Source of the DNA: Stegostoma tigrinum
Lineage: Eukaryota
Length of the DNA: 64,000 bases
Assembly (NCBI RefSeq): GCF_030684315.1
Contig: NC_081356.1
Location: 87,156,835-87,220,834, forward strand
Direction of reading: 5' to 3'
Under the pieces are notes generated by a model. That model did not search any database. It was not told the origin of the DNA and was given only the letters and a program-made list of their open reading frames with translations. Shown here piece by piece: positions 1-13,141 of the stretch. A program made the translations under genes and the position numbers. Numbering within the stretch: the stretch's first letter is position 1; each line of letters starts with the position of its first letter.

Positions 1-1159
1 TCCCAGTGTATCTACTGTCTCTGTAGCTACTTCCTTTAATATCCTAGGATCCATCCCATCAGGTCCAGATCATAGCAAAGTTAGTAATAATTCAAAATAT
101 TTGCCAACGTGATTTGTTACTCTGACCTTGTTAACAATTATTAAAACACAAATAATGCTTTATTTGTTCTTGATACAATTGATTGAAATAAGTTACAGTA
201 AAAAAATTCATCATAATGCGATTAGGGCAAAAATTTCATTTTTTATGATACTTAAGATCTGTACACTCGATTTGGGAAGTTCTCAGGACAACATCCACTA
301 AATACAGCATAGAAATAACTGTCCTGTATTTAATTTCATACCAGGAAGTGAGTACTTAATTTCATAATGCAGCACATTTAACTTGATCAGTGTCTGAAGG
401 AACCGGTGTATCACCTGACTAGATAGGCTCAAACTGTTGTGTTGCACCCTACAAGTTTCAAGGGCTAGCAAAAGAAACTGCATGCCAACAGAATCATAAA
501 TCATAAATGTAATGAAGACTAATATCTTCATTGGTATTTTGCTAACTATAAATATACAACGTAATAAATTTTGCAAGTTTGCTTATTGAATTTGACTTTT
601 GATATCTACATTTACAGTCATTTACAAATTTGGATTACGCTTACTGATTGCTGTTCCTACTATTGCCATGCATTTTTATTTCTATCTCATTCTGTCCCTC
701 ACCGTTCTGCTCATGTTTCTATTTACTTGTTTCTCTCTCTCATTTTTTGTCTCATGTCATACTTTCTAATTTCTTAAACCTCATTTGCCTTGTAACTGCC
801 TTTTTTACATTCATTATTTTTGTATATTTTTCAATCTTTTTTATAATTACTAAGTAGCTTTTCCTTCTCATAAACTGCATCTCTGTTCTAGGTAGCACTA
901 TTTACCATTGTTTGCTGCAGAGCCTGCAGAACACTGTGCTTACAGCAGTGTCACTTTGCATTTGCTTCTTTGTACAGCTGTGAACTGGCTTATTGTTTAA
1001 CGGCAGAACATGTGCAGCAGTACGAATGCTGAATATCCTAGTTAAAATTAACTTGTTTACCTTGCAAGTAAATCAAATTTTTTTGCAAAGTCAGACCTGT
1101 ACAGGGAAAATGAGACCCCTTTTATAATGCTTATCATATACTTTGTTTCAAAAGGCAAT

Positions 1160-2500
1160 AAGTTGCATTTATATAGTGCCTTCAAGTCCTCAAGATCTCC
1201 CAACAACACCATACTTATAAGAGTGCCTGCAATGTGGAAAACATCCCAAAGTGCTTCACAGGGGTGTTATCAAACAAAATTTGTCATCAATTCACATAAG
1301 GAGATATTGCTACAGAACAGATTTTAAGGAGAGTCTTAGAAGGAGGAAAGAAAGGGAGAGAGGTGAAAAGATTTAGGGGGCAAATTTCTTATAAAACTTG
1401 GAAAGTGAAAGAATGGCAGTCTATGATGGAATGATTAAAATCAGGGATCTAATCAATCTAACTTTGAGATGTCTGCCCAATCGGGCCTTTTGCTGATCCC
1501 TGGTCTTAAAGGTTGGGATTGGTTAGATATCTTAGTAAGTAGCTGGGGTAATAAAAATTACTGGGGCACATAGGGTGACTGCAGGGATTTGAAAACAGGG
1601 TTGAGAAGTTTAAAATCAAGGCATTTTTAATGAAGTGCCAATGTGGGACAGCAAGAACAGGATGATGGCTGAAGAAAAATTTGTGCAATATTCTAATAAA
1701 GGAAACAGCATTTTGGATGAGCTAAAGTCGGTGGAAGGTGACAGACTGTCGGCCAGCCAACAGCATGTTGGAATCGAGAGACATGTCCAGAAGTCACAAA
1801 GGTATGGATCAGTGTTTCAGCAGCAAAAGACTGCACCAGAGGTGGTATCAAGTCCTGCGGTCAACATGTTCTGGAAGTAAAAATGGGTGTTATTAGCAAC
1901 GGCGTGTTTAACAGTCAGAATCTCATCTCTGGGTGAAATGACATCAAGGTTGCAAATTGTCTGGTTCAGGCATAAACAATTGCCAAAGAGAGGGATGGAG
2001 TTTGTGGGCAAGAAACAGAATTAAGGATGAGGTCAAAGACAATGCCTTTGGTCTTCCCATCATTCAATTAAAGAAACTCATTAGGTTCAAGGGAGGTATT
2101 GTGTTTTCTGTGTCACCAACAACAGCACAGAGAAGATAAACAAAAGGAAACCAAAAATGGACCCTTGGAGGACACCAGAGACAGTGGATTATGACCACAA
2201 AGAGAAGCAACTTCAGGAGACTCCCTGCCTCTGACTGGGTATACAAGCAAGGAAACAGACAACTGCAGTCTTACTCAACTACACATCAGAGAAATTTTGG
2301 AGGAGACTGTGTCGTCAACTGTGCTATAGAGATCAAGGAGGGATAGTTTACCATGCGTATAGTTGCACGGAATGGCGATAGAAATTTTGGTAAGAATTGT
2401 TATGATAAATTAGCAAGGCATAATCATGGTTTGGAGGGATTTGAACATGAAGGTCTGGAATAAAACAGCATGGATTTGCAAGATGACAAGCATATTTTAA
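1160..2500 (-). mobile_element. degenerate L2-type LINE 3' fragment
   Basis: Begins with TTGCATTTATATAGTGCCTT..CCCAAAGTGCTTCACA (reverse complement of the L2/DeuSINE-type 3' tail), then decayed body. Confidence 0.55.
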
Positions 2501-3109
2501 GACATGTATTCTTAAGGTCTTTCACAGTGATTAAATATTTGGTAGCCAATACTGCAATGTAGGAAAATATAATTGCCAGTGTATATGGGGTACATTCCCC
2601 CAAATAATAAAGTGATGGTGCTTTTCTGGACATTAATAGAACTTTTCTGTTCTTCACTGAAAAATATCACCTCCAACATAACAACAATAGCGAAGAGTTT
2701 TACCACTGAATCTGTTATTCTGCATCTCTTATTAAAATTGGGAATATCAACAACTGTAAAAGAACTGAAAAATATCACTTAGCTTCCACTGTAAGTAGTA
2801 TTGAGGTTTCTTTAAAACATAGAATCTTAAGTTTTCTAATAATCTTAACATCATGATTTTTATTAGGTTTTGAGGCAAAATGTAGAAAATCCACTTGTTG
2901 CTGTCTGGTTTCTTCTGTCAGAGGAAGCTCCAATACTATGTTCATATCTCCCCCTACTGACATAAAACATTTACTACTGCAAACTACCTTTATTACCTCT
3001 GCCAAATAAATAAAACATCAAAACAGTACAACAATTTAAAACTTAATTTGAGAGATGAAATCTGGGAAATGACGTCATTCAACTTGTAATTTTATCAACA
3101 GGCTGATAA

Positions 3110-3480
3110 TAATCTTTCAAATCAGCCATTAAACCAGGGATCCATCCGCACTTCCAGGTACACACAAACAATTTCATGACTGAAAAAAAGAGATAACAAG
3201 GTGTAGAACTGGATGAACACAGCAGGCCAAACAGCATCTTAAGAGCAGGAAAGCAGGAAAGATGCTGCTTGGCGTGCTATGTTCATCTTGTTATCTCGGA
3301 TTCTCCAGCATCTGCAGTTCCTATTATCTCATGACTGAAGAAAAGCAAATTGAGCTCTCTCTCCTGTCCCAGCAAATTTTATCCCTCAGCTAACATCAAC
3401 AAACCACAGATTCTTTTGGCTAGTACTGCTACGTCATTGTTCCATGTATTGTCACATTACCTGTAGCACAACAAACATTT
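3110..3480 (+). mobile_element. partial DeuSINE-like SINE interrupted by a PLE hairpin
   Basis: TTAAACCAGGG..TTTATCCCTCAGCTAACATCA matches the Deu-domain copy at 41640-42420. Confidence 0.5.
3191..3328. mobile_element. fold-back PLE terminal fragment with 17-bp target duplication
   Basis: Inverted arms GATAACAAG..GATGAACACAGCAGGCCAAACAGCATCT / AGATGCTGCTTGGCGTGCTATGTTCATCTTGTTATC; flanks TCATGACTGAA(A/G)AAAAG at 3174-3190 and 3329-3345. Confidence 0.85.
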
Positions 3481-4119
3481 TCTTGGATTTTGCACTGGAA
3501 ATTAGACAGCCAAAAGGCTTAGACACCCACAGGTATCCATGTGAACTGTGCAACAAGTGCATATCTGCAACTGCAGAAGAGATCATGTTTAGCTTTGCAC
3601 AAGCCTAGAAGTAAGTTAAAACTTAATTTGGTAATTTTATTTTACAGCAAGCAAACCTTTTTATTAAGCAGCACCTATGGGACTAGGGATGTGCTGGTTG
3701 GTCAAACAGTCCAGATAATCAAGAGGTATGTAATAAACCTTGAACAAGCAAAGCTTTGAGACATCAACATTGCTCAAAAAAATCAATGAAAAACACCAGT
3801 ACACCTCCTGAAATCAATGTAAAAGCAAACAGTAAGTAACAGAAATGCAATGCAGGGGCAAAACACACTGTCATACTTTAGTTACATCTTAAATGCTAGG
3901 GCATTGTGGTGGATGGTGGGGTAGTGAGACATAGGTTTTGCTGGTTTATCAAGAATGCTGGTTGATAAACTGCTGGTTAAAACAAAATTTGCTATACTTT
4001 CTCTTCCCACATCCAAGTCATTAATACAGACTGGAATTAGTTGGGACCCAGGAACTGCATCCTGTGGCACCCAACTAGTTGTATATTGTCAACCTGAAAA
4101 AGACCCATTTATTTTGGCT

Positions 4120-4325
4120 AAGGTAACATGGTGTAGGGCTGGATGAACACAGCCGGCCAAGCAGCATCAGAGGAGCAGGAAAGTTGACGTTTCTGGTTTA
4201 GACCCTTCTTCAGACCCAAAACGTCAGCTTTCCTGCTCCTCTGATCCTGCTTGGCCTGCTGTGTTCATCCAGCTCTACACCTTGTTATCTCAGATTCTCC
4301 AGCATCGGAAGTTCCTGCTATCTCT
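4120..4325. mobile_element. fold-back PLE terminal fragment with degenerate hammerhead (minus 4186-4213)
   Basis: Inverted arms of ~80-90 bp; direct repeat TTATTTTGGCT at 4109-4119 and 4333-4343. Confidence 0.85.
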
Positions 4326-4470
4326 GTAATCATTATTTTGGCTCTCTGCTTTCTATTGGTTAGCTAATCTTCTATCCAAGTGAATAAATTACCTCTAATC
4401 CATATGATCTCATCTTGTACATTAACCTTATATGCAATGCCTTATCAAATGCCTTCTAGAAGTCCAGATA

Positions 4471-4686
4471 CAGGTGGTTCTCCTATAACATGATAGCAGT
4501 GTTGTTGTGTGATCTTGTGCTAAAGAAAATTAAGCTATACAAAATCCATATAGAAAATTGCATCATAGGAAAATTGCTATACCTGCACAGCAGAAATTTC
4601 GCATCATCCAAACAGCGTCCACTATTCATCAATCATCTTACAGCCAATTCACACTAACAAAACACGTGTTATAACAGAACTACCTG
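4471..4686. mobile_element. Tc1/mariner(Tigger/pogo)-type MITE
   Basis: ~20-bp TIRs CAGGTGGTTCTCCTATAACA / TGTTATAACAGAACTACCTG, preceded by TA and followed by TG. Confidence 0.7.
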
Positions 4687-5969
4687 TGTATTGTATCTAT
4701 AGGATCGCTATTATCCACATTGCTAGTTATAACCATGTTATAAATCAAGTCGTGAGTTATAAATCAAGCAATTTAGGTAAACATGATTAATACTTCATAA
4801 ACCCATACTGACCCTGATGGGTTGCATTTTGCCTATCCAAATGCCCTGTTACTTCCTCAGAAATGAGTTCTAACAATTTCCCAATGATACACATTAATCT
4901 AACTGGTCTGTTGTTTTCAACTTCATGCCTCCCTTCCTTAATGAGTAAGAGTGTTATATTAGCATTTTTTCCTATCCACTGGAACCTTTCCTGCATCCAG
5001 GGAGTTTTGGAATATTATAACCAATGGATCCGCTATCTCTGCTGCCACTTCTTTTAAGACATAATATATTAACCAATCAACTTGCTGATTTACACTGGTC
5101 TGGGTCACGCTACATCTTGATTTTAAATTCTCCTTATTGTTTCAAATCACTCCACATCCTCGCCCACTCCCTATGCCTCTAATCTGTCAAAGTCTTAAAA
5201 CCTATGAAATATCTGCATTCTTCTAATTTTGAACTCATAAGCAACCCCAATTTTAATTTCTCTGCCAGTGGCAGTCACACCATCACATGCCAAGGTCCTT
5301 CATTTTGAAATTTTCTTCCAAATTCTCTCTATCTATCTTTTTTCTTTATGATCCACCTCAAAACCAACTCTTCGACTAAGGAATTGGTCATCTGCCCTCA
5401 ATATCTTCAAATGTGTTTTGGTTTATTCTGTAAACAAATTTTTGTTCAAAACTCTCATGATCACACTGTTACTTGGGAACAATGGCAAAACGATCAGTGT
5501 GACTGCAATTTCTGGTACCAACATGTTCAGCTAAATGCAGAAATCCAGAAACTGTTCGGTGATTCTGTTCCTCCACAAGGCAGGCTGTTAAATCCCTCAC
5601 TCTTGGAAATTTATTAGCAATCACTGATTTCACATGAATTTTTGCTTCTTATACAATTAGTATAAGTACTGTAAAAAGTATTGTGAGAAAAAATCTTGTG
5701 GCATAATGATAGCGTCCAGCCAGAAAGACATAGTTCAAGTCCTACATGCTTCAGAGCTGTAGCATTACATGTTTGAACATTTTGATCTAAAATACCTAAA
5801 AATTGTTGCAAAGATTATGCTTTGTTCAAAGAGGGCTTGAAAAAGAGTATTAAATCATTGTTACTCAAAAACAACCTATCTGGTTCTAAAGAATTCATTT
5901 ATATTATATAATGTTACATTTCTCCACTATATGCAGAAAATTAGCATTTTTAACTTTAAAAAATGTTTT

Positions 5970-6396
5970 TATAGAATCATACAGCATGGAAACAGACCCT
6001 TCAGTTGACCGAGTTTCCCAAACTAAACTAGCTCCACTTGCCTGTGTTTAGCCCATATGCCTCTAAACCATTCCCATTCATGTACCTGTCCAAATGTCTT
6101 TTAAATGTTTTCACTGTACCTGCATCTACCTTCCTCTGGCAATTCATTCCACAAACAAACCGTCTCTGTGAAAATGGTGTCCCTCAGGTCCCTTTTAAAT
6201 CTCTCTCCTCTCACCTTAAAATAATGTCCTCTGGTTTTAAGCTCCCCAACCCTAGGTCTACAGACCTTATCTGTGCCTCTCATGAATTTATAAACTTCTT
6301 TCAGGTCATCCCTCGACTTCCTACCTGCAGTGAAAAAGTTCCAGTTTATGCAGCTTCTCCTTATAATTCAAACCCTCCAGTCACAGTAATATCCTA
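5970..6396 (-). mobile_element. CR1 LINE 3' end
   Basis: ORF 6101-6283 TRGHYFKVRGERFKRDLR..WNELP is the CR1 ORF2 C-terminus; ATAGAATCAT tail. Confidence 0.8.
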
Positions 6397-7359
6397 ATCC
6401 ATGCCATGGAGGTCAACAGGACATTAAGGTAAGTTGTGAATGCAGTCGTTTCACCAGTAACCACAAAATTTTGGCTATTTTGTTTTAATTCTACACTAGT
6501 ATTTTTTCTTTTCTTCAATTAAAAATCCCAATAAATGATCGCTTCATAAATTAATCATAATCCATTATGTTCAAAATGACTAACTTGCACAATCTTCCAA
6601 TGCATTTCCGGCCGTCAACTTGTATTTTAGTAAACAAATAAGATCTGTAACATTGATGTCTTAAATAACATGAGGTTCAAAAACAATATTATTCTGTAGT
6701 CAAAACAGGTTAAATAAAAAAAGTATCACAATGGTTTCCTCTATATGTACAGAGGTCACTGAAAATTCATTATGGGACTTTAATTTTTAAATAAGCACTG
6801 CAACCCATAAATATAGACAGCAATGTTTGAACAGTATAAACATGGACATATTAAGCAGTGATTTGGAATATCATAAGATATTCTTACACTTATTCGATTT
6901 TCAATCATCTCAATTTACTCTATTAGTGATTTATACGTGGCCACAATATTGACAAAGAGTTCAGAGAGATGGGGGCAGCAATGTTGTGAGAAGCCCACCA
7001 TCTCCAGGAGAACATTCTAACTTGAACATATATAACTGCTCCATTATTAAATCTGGATAAAAATCAAGAAATTCCAAAACATCATAATGGAAGCTGCTAA
7101 TGCAGAAGCTCATCATTATGGGCAAGATAGCCAGTAAATTTGACTCAACCAGCATCCCCCACGGCTAACGAACAAATATTTTTTTTTAAAAAAGTTTATA
7201 TTTAATTTCAGAGTATTGCTAACTAAATAGTCAATAAATGATTAAAGCTAAAAGCATCCAAGCACAGAAGATGAGGCAGGGTAGGCCGAATATTGAAAAT
7301 TGGTACAGCACTGTTACAACTAGCATCATAACAATCCCATCAGAACTTAAATCACTTAT

Positions 7360-9590
7360 GGGATGGGGACATCATTAGCTGAGTCAGCATTTATTGCCCG
7401 TAACTTGTTGCTACAAGAAGGTGGTGGTGATCTGTCTTCTGGAACTGCTGCAGTCCATGCACTGTAGGTATATCCAAAATGCCATTAAGAAGGGAATTCC
7501 AAGATTTTGACCCAGTGACAGTGAAGCAACAGTGATATATTTCCAAGTCAGAATGATGAGTGGTTTTCATGGAAACTTGCAGTTGGTGCTGTTCCCATGT
7601 GTCAGTTGCCCTTATCCTGCTAGAAGGAAATGGCTATTGTTTTGTAAGTGCTGTCTAAGGATCATTTCTGCAGTGCCTCTTGTAGGTGGTGCACTTTGCA
7701 TTTATGAGTTCAATGGTGGTTGGGAGTGAACGTTTCCAGATGTGGTGCCAATCAAGCAGGCTGCTTTGTCCTGGATGGTGTCAAGTTGTTGGAGCTGCAC
7801 ACATCCAGGCAAGAGGAGATTATTCCATCATACTGCTGACTTTTGCCTTTTTGACAGTAGACAGGCTTTGGAGAGTCAGGAGGTGAGCTACTCACTGCAG
7901 TATTCCTTAGCTCTGACCTGCTCTGGTAGCCATTGCATTTATATGGTGAATCCAAGTGAGTTTCTGGTCAATGGTAACGGTCAGGAAGTTGATTGTGGGG
8001 TTTCAGCGATGGTAAAACCATTGAATATCAAGGGATAGTGGTTAGCTTTCACTGATTAGAGATGGACATTGTTTGCAGTTGTGTAGACCAAATGTTATGT
8101 GCCCCATTTCAGCTCAAGCCTGGATACTGCGCAAGTCTGGTTGCATTTGAACAGGATCTAAGGAGTCATGATGTTGCTAAACATCAGGGAATATCTCTCT
8201 TCTAACCATATGATGGAAAGAAGGTCACTAATAAAGCAGGTGAGAAATTCCTGCAGAGATGTCTTGGAGCTAAGATGACTGACCTGCAACAGCCACAACT
8301 ACAACCAACTTCCAATGTGTCAGCTAAGATTCCAACCTTCGGCGGGCATTCCCCCGATTATTACTACTCCAGTTTGTTAGGAATCCTTGATATCCCTCGC
8401 TGTATTGACTTCCTTGATGTCAAATGCAACCATGACATCAAGAGATGTTATTCCTACCTCACCTCTGGAATTCTTTCATCCATGTTTGAACCAAGGCTGA
8501 AATGAGGTCAGGAGCTGAGTGGCCTTGGTGTAACCCAAACTGAGAATGTGTGAGCAAGTTATTGCCGAGTAGCTGCTGCTTGATAGCACTGTTAATGATA
8601 CGTTCCATCATTTTACTAATGATCAAGAGTAGGCTGATGAGGCAGTAATTAGATTTGGGTTTTGATTGTCCTACTTTGTATGCACAGAACACCTCTGGAC
8701 AATTTTCCACATTGTCGGGTATATGGCAGTGTTGGAGTTGTACTGGATCAGCTTGGCTTGGATGCAGCCAGTTCTGGAGCACAAGCCTTCAGTACTGTTA
8801 GTGACTACTGCCAAGGTCCAGAGCCTTTGCAATTTTCAATGCCTCTAACTGTTTCTTGATGTCCCATGGAGTGAATCAAATTGGCTGAAGACTGGTATCT
8901 ATGATGAACAGCATCATCCACTTGGCACTTTTGACTGAAGATTTTTGTGAATGCTTTGGCTTTATCTTTTGCACTTATATGCTGGTATCTATCACTGAGG
9001 ATAGGATTTGTTTTTTATTCACTCATGGGACATGGGTGTCACAGGCTGGCCAATTTTATTTTTAAATTGCCTGTCCCTGATTGCTCTCGAGAAGATGGTG
9101 GTGAACTGCAGTCCACATGATTTCACCTCCTCCTCCATTGAGCTGTTGACTGTCCATCCCCATTGACAACTGGATGTGGCAGGACTGCACAGCTTAAATC
9201 TGATCTGTTGGTAATGGAATTGTTTAGCTCTGTCTATCACTTATTTTATAAAAACATATTTTCATTGTGTGTTAAAATTATTATATTTTGTTTATTAATT
9301 TGCTGTTTGTGCTGTTTGTCACACAAGTAGTCCTGTTGCAGCTACACCAGTTTGACACTTGATTTTTTTAAGTTTGCCTGTTGTTTACAGCTTGTTGCTA
9401 ATGCTGTGTGAGTGATAATGGGAACTGCAGATGCTGGAGAATCCAAGATAACAAAGTGTGAGGCTGGATGAACACAGCAGGCCCAGCAGCATCTCAGGAG
9501 CACAAAAGCTGATGTTTCAGGCCGAGACCCTTCATCAGAGAGCTGCTTGGCACGCATATTGTTCTGCTTTGTAGCTTCACCAATTGAAGC
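7360..9590 (-). mobile_element. degenerate CR1/L2-group LINE (RT region and 3' end)
   Basis: ORF 8459-8782 SNYCLISLLLIISKMME..QFGLHQGHSAPDL; 3' end CAGCATTTATTGCCC recurs across the window. Confidence 0.75.
9414..9542 (-). mobile_element. ~130-bp PLE terminal copy with hammerhead core (9511-9538)
   Basis: Near-identical to 25861-25990; minus strand CTGATGA-AGGGTCTCGGCCT-GAAAC-ATC. Confidence 0.85.
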
Positions 9591-11099
9591 CTTTACCGCA
9601 ATTCCATACAATATCCATGTAAAAGTGAATGTTCCCATAACTGCTCTTCAATGAATAATAAAACACGACAACCACCCTGCAGTCCTCTCACCCTATGTTT
9701 CCCTGGATTCATTTTAGAGATTGAGGCCAAGCTACTTTGGGAACTTAATCTAAAGCTGATTCACTGGGACTGCACAGCCAATTATTGCGAGGATATATGA
9801 CATGAAATAAGAAACAAAGCAGACATTTCGGCTTATCAAGGTGAAACCACAATTCAATAAGATAATAAGTGAACTGTTTGAGTTTCAAATTCCACAATTA
9901 TGTCTACTCTGATAACCTTTGATTCTCCTGCCTAACAAGAATCTGTATACCTTCGTCTTAAAAAATATTTAATCATGCCACATTCATGTTCTGAGGCCAG
10001 GTACTAGATTTTCCAAGACGTAGATTGTCACTCCAGCCCTTTTCTTTAAACAGAAGAAGGGAGCACGACATTTCTTTCACATATAAGGTGAGTGTGACAT
10101 TAGGGTAAAGGGATGGTAGGATGCCAGATTAGGGTAGGGGAGCTAGGAAGTCAGGTAAGTGGTACACCAGGTACATGGGGTGTCAGCTGGTATGGGGTAG
10201 GGTAGCAGATAGAGAGGGGTAGTCTGCCAAGGTGTGAGGTGTCAAGGCAGGGGGCAGATACATGTTTATGGTAATTTGGAGTGGACTGGAAATGTTGAGT
10301 CTGGAGGGGGTAGGGATGGTGAGTGTAGACAGGGGTGTTTGGATCAGATGCTGCCGGTCAAATCAGGTCTGTCATGGGGAGGGAGACAGCAGCATGGTGG
10401 GTCAGACCCAGCAAAGGGATCAGATCCAATGGGGGTGGAAGGGCAATCATGTCTGCTAGTGGCAGCAAAGAGAGGAAAGAAATGAGATCGGGTCCAACAG
10501 AAGGGGTGCCAAGACTCGGCTGGTCTGGTCAGGATGGGACAGGTCCAATGGTGAGGGTGTATTGGATCTGGTGACAGTGTCAGGATGGAATTGGGTGCTC
10601 CAGTGGATGAAGTGGAGAGATAGATGTCGGGTGCTGGGACACAGGGTGTTAGCTAGCAGGGTGGATGGTATTGGATCCTGGGGATTTGGTAGGGGAGCTA
10701 GCTTCCCAGAAGGGTCTTGCGTCCCATCGTCTGGGGCAGCAGCATCAGGTGCTGGGGACATTAGGTCAGGGTCTTGCTGAATGTAAAGTGTAAATGTAGC
10801 TGGGGCCATTTTACTTAATTTCATCCGAAGTCTCCAACTTTTATGGAAACTTCTGGATTGTTCCAGGCATAGTAAAATTTCCTGCAGGAAAATTTAGTTC
10901 AGTCAAATCCTTCTGAGTGCACTGATGGTGATTCCGTAGCGCCCCCATGTGCAACTTCAACCAATGAAAGTCAGGGCAGTAGAAAATATACCCCAGAGTT
11001 TCAAAATCGTATATCACAAAATAGAAGATATTGACCACACCAAACAAGTCAGGCAGCATCTCCAGAGATAACAGAGGTAAAAACCTTACCATTACAGGC

Positions 11100-12310
11100 T
11101 GACTAATTTTTGGATCTTTTTTGAGGAAGTCTCAAGCAGAGTGGACAGAGGGAAACCAGTAGGTATGTTGCATTTTGACTTCCAGAAGGCTTTCAACAAG
11201 GTACCTCACAATAGGTTCAGTCGCAAGATAGGAGCCCATAGTGTTGGAAGCAGTATATTGCTGTGGATAGAGAACTGGCTAATGGACAGGAAACAATGAA
11301 CGGGGATAGGGGGTTCTTTTGCAGTTGGCAACCTTTAATCAGTGGGGCTCCAGACGGATCAATGCTGGGACTGCAACAGTTTACAACATGTATTAATCAC
11401 TTGGAGGAAGGGAGCTAATGCGCTATAGCCAAATTCACAAATGAAACAAAAATAGATGGAAAGGCAAGTTGCAAAGTAGATACAAACAGTTTGCAGAGAG
11501 ATATTGATAGGTTATGTAAGTCGACAAAATGTTGACAAATGGAGTATAATGTGAGAAAATGTGAGAATTTGGAAGGGAAAACAAAATAACAGTATTATAT
11601 AAACGAAGAAAAACTGCAGAAAGCTGCAACACAAAGGGACGTGAGGAGTACTTGTGCATGAAACACAGAAAGCTAGCGCACAGGAAAGTTAATGAAATGT
11701 TAGCCCTAATTTCGAAGAGGTTGGAAAGTATAAGTAGGAAAGTCTTACTGCAACTATAGAAAGTGTTTGTGTAGACCATATCAGGAATACTGTGAACAGA
11801 TTTGGATCCTTTATTTAAGGAAACATCTCATTTCATTGCAGAAGGTTCACTGGGATGATCCCTAGTATGGAGGGATTATTTTATGAACAAGGGCTAAACA
11901 AGTTGACACTCTATTCATTGTTGGTTAGGAGAATGAGAGGTGATCTCATTGAAACACACAGGATTCTTAAGGGGCTTGACAACGTAAATACTGAGAGGAT
12001 CTTTGCCCTTGTGGGAGAATCTAGGGCCAGAGGCTTAATCTCAGAATAAAGGAGTACCAATTTAAAACTGAAATAAGGAAGATTTTTTTTCCTCAGAGGG
12101 TTGGGAGCCTTTGAAACTCCTTGTTACACAGAGCTGTGGGGTCAGAGTCCTCGTGTATATTTGAGGTTGGGTCAGATAGATTCTCAATCAGTAGGGAACC
12201 AAGAGCTTTGGGGAAACATGGATATGAGGAATGTTGGATCCGCCATGATTCTACTGAATGATGCAGCAGATACAAGGGGTTGAATGAGCTACACCTGTTC
12301 CTAATTCTTA
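11100..12310 (+). mobile_element. CR1 LINE, 5'-truncated, decayed
   Basis: FFEEVSSRVDRGKPV..FDFQKAFNKVPH at ~11118-11210; RRMRGDLIETHRILKG at 11855-12049. Confidence 0.85.
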
Positions 12311-12819
12311 GAGCCTAACCAACGTTTTCAGAGATGCACAGCTTTGGAACAAGTGGGAATTGATTCAAGGCCTCCTGACTCACATGTAGGGACAATACCA
12401 CCACTTTCTTGATTTCTTGATTGATTTGGGATTGAACTCAACACACATGCTTTTGACTATTCTGTTTAATATTTATGGATAACAAAAAGCAATCAATTTT
12501 AGATTGAAAATTTACTATTCATCCAGATGAGTGTTATTGGAGCAGCTAAGATTTAATGAATGGCAGAGGAGGCTTCAGGGGCCAAATGGCCTATATGTGT
12601 TCTGTTTTGTATGGTCTATGGGTTTATTAAATGTGAACGCCTTAACTTTTGATACAGGATTATTTCTTTAAAGGGGCAGGACTACTTTTGTTTGTTGTTG
12701 AATATACCAAAACAATTCACTTTCACCTCATTATTTAAACAGACATCCACGGACAGATATTGACGTTTTTTCTGAATTCTGTTACCGAGGTGCCAATCTT
12801 CATCCTCACTCCACTGCTT

Positions 12820-13141
12820 CTCTCCACAGATGCTGCCAGTATCTATCCTTAATAAGGGGATCCCAATGTGGTCTTAGCAAGGCCCCAGGCACACCTTCCA
12901 GGTGAAGCAGCAATCCATCTGTACTTAACTCAATCTAGTCTACACTATTCACTGCTCACAACATGGTCTCCTCTATATAGAGGTGAGGCCCTTCTTCAGA
13001 AATGGGGGAGGGGAAGGGGCTCTGAAGTAAATAGAGAGCAGGAGGCGATGATAGAAGGTGGCTAGAGGAGCAGATAGGTGAAGAGAAGATGGACAGGTCA
13101 AGAAGGCAGGGATGAAGCCAGTAAAGGTGAGTGTAGATAGG
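12820..13141. mobile_element. older PLE remnants: + strand GIY-YIG fragment (12881-12985) and - strand 3' region (12987-13141, resuming 15296-15360)
   Basis: GPRHTFQVKQQ..LVYTIHCSQHGLLYI translation; CCCTTCTTCAGAAATGGGG homologous to 27938-28100. Confidence 0.65.

Larger units (their letters stand above)
4030..5060 (-). mobile_element. degenerate CR1 LINE (RT region) hosting the hairpin and a MITE
   Basis: ORF 4787-4996 NNRPVRLMCIIGKLLE..QYGFMK resembles CR1 NYRPVSLTSVVGKLLE..QHGF. Confidence 0.7.

Noticed and set aside
10234-10824. Cluster of 65-122-aa ORFs
   Set aside because: Product of low-complexity G-skewed sequence.
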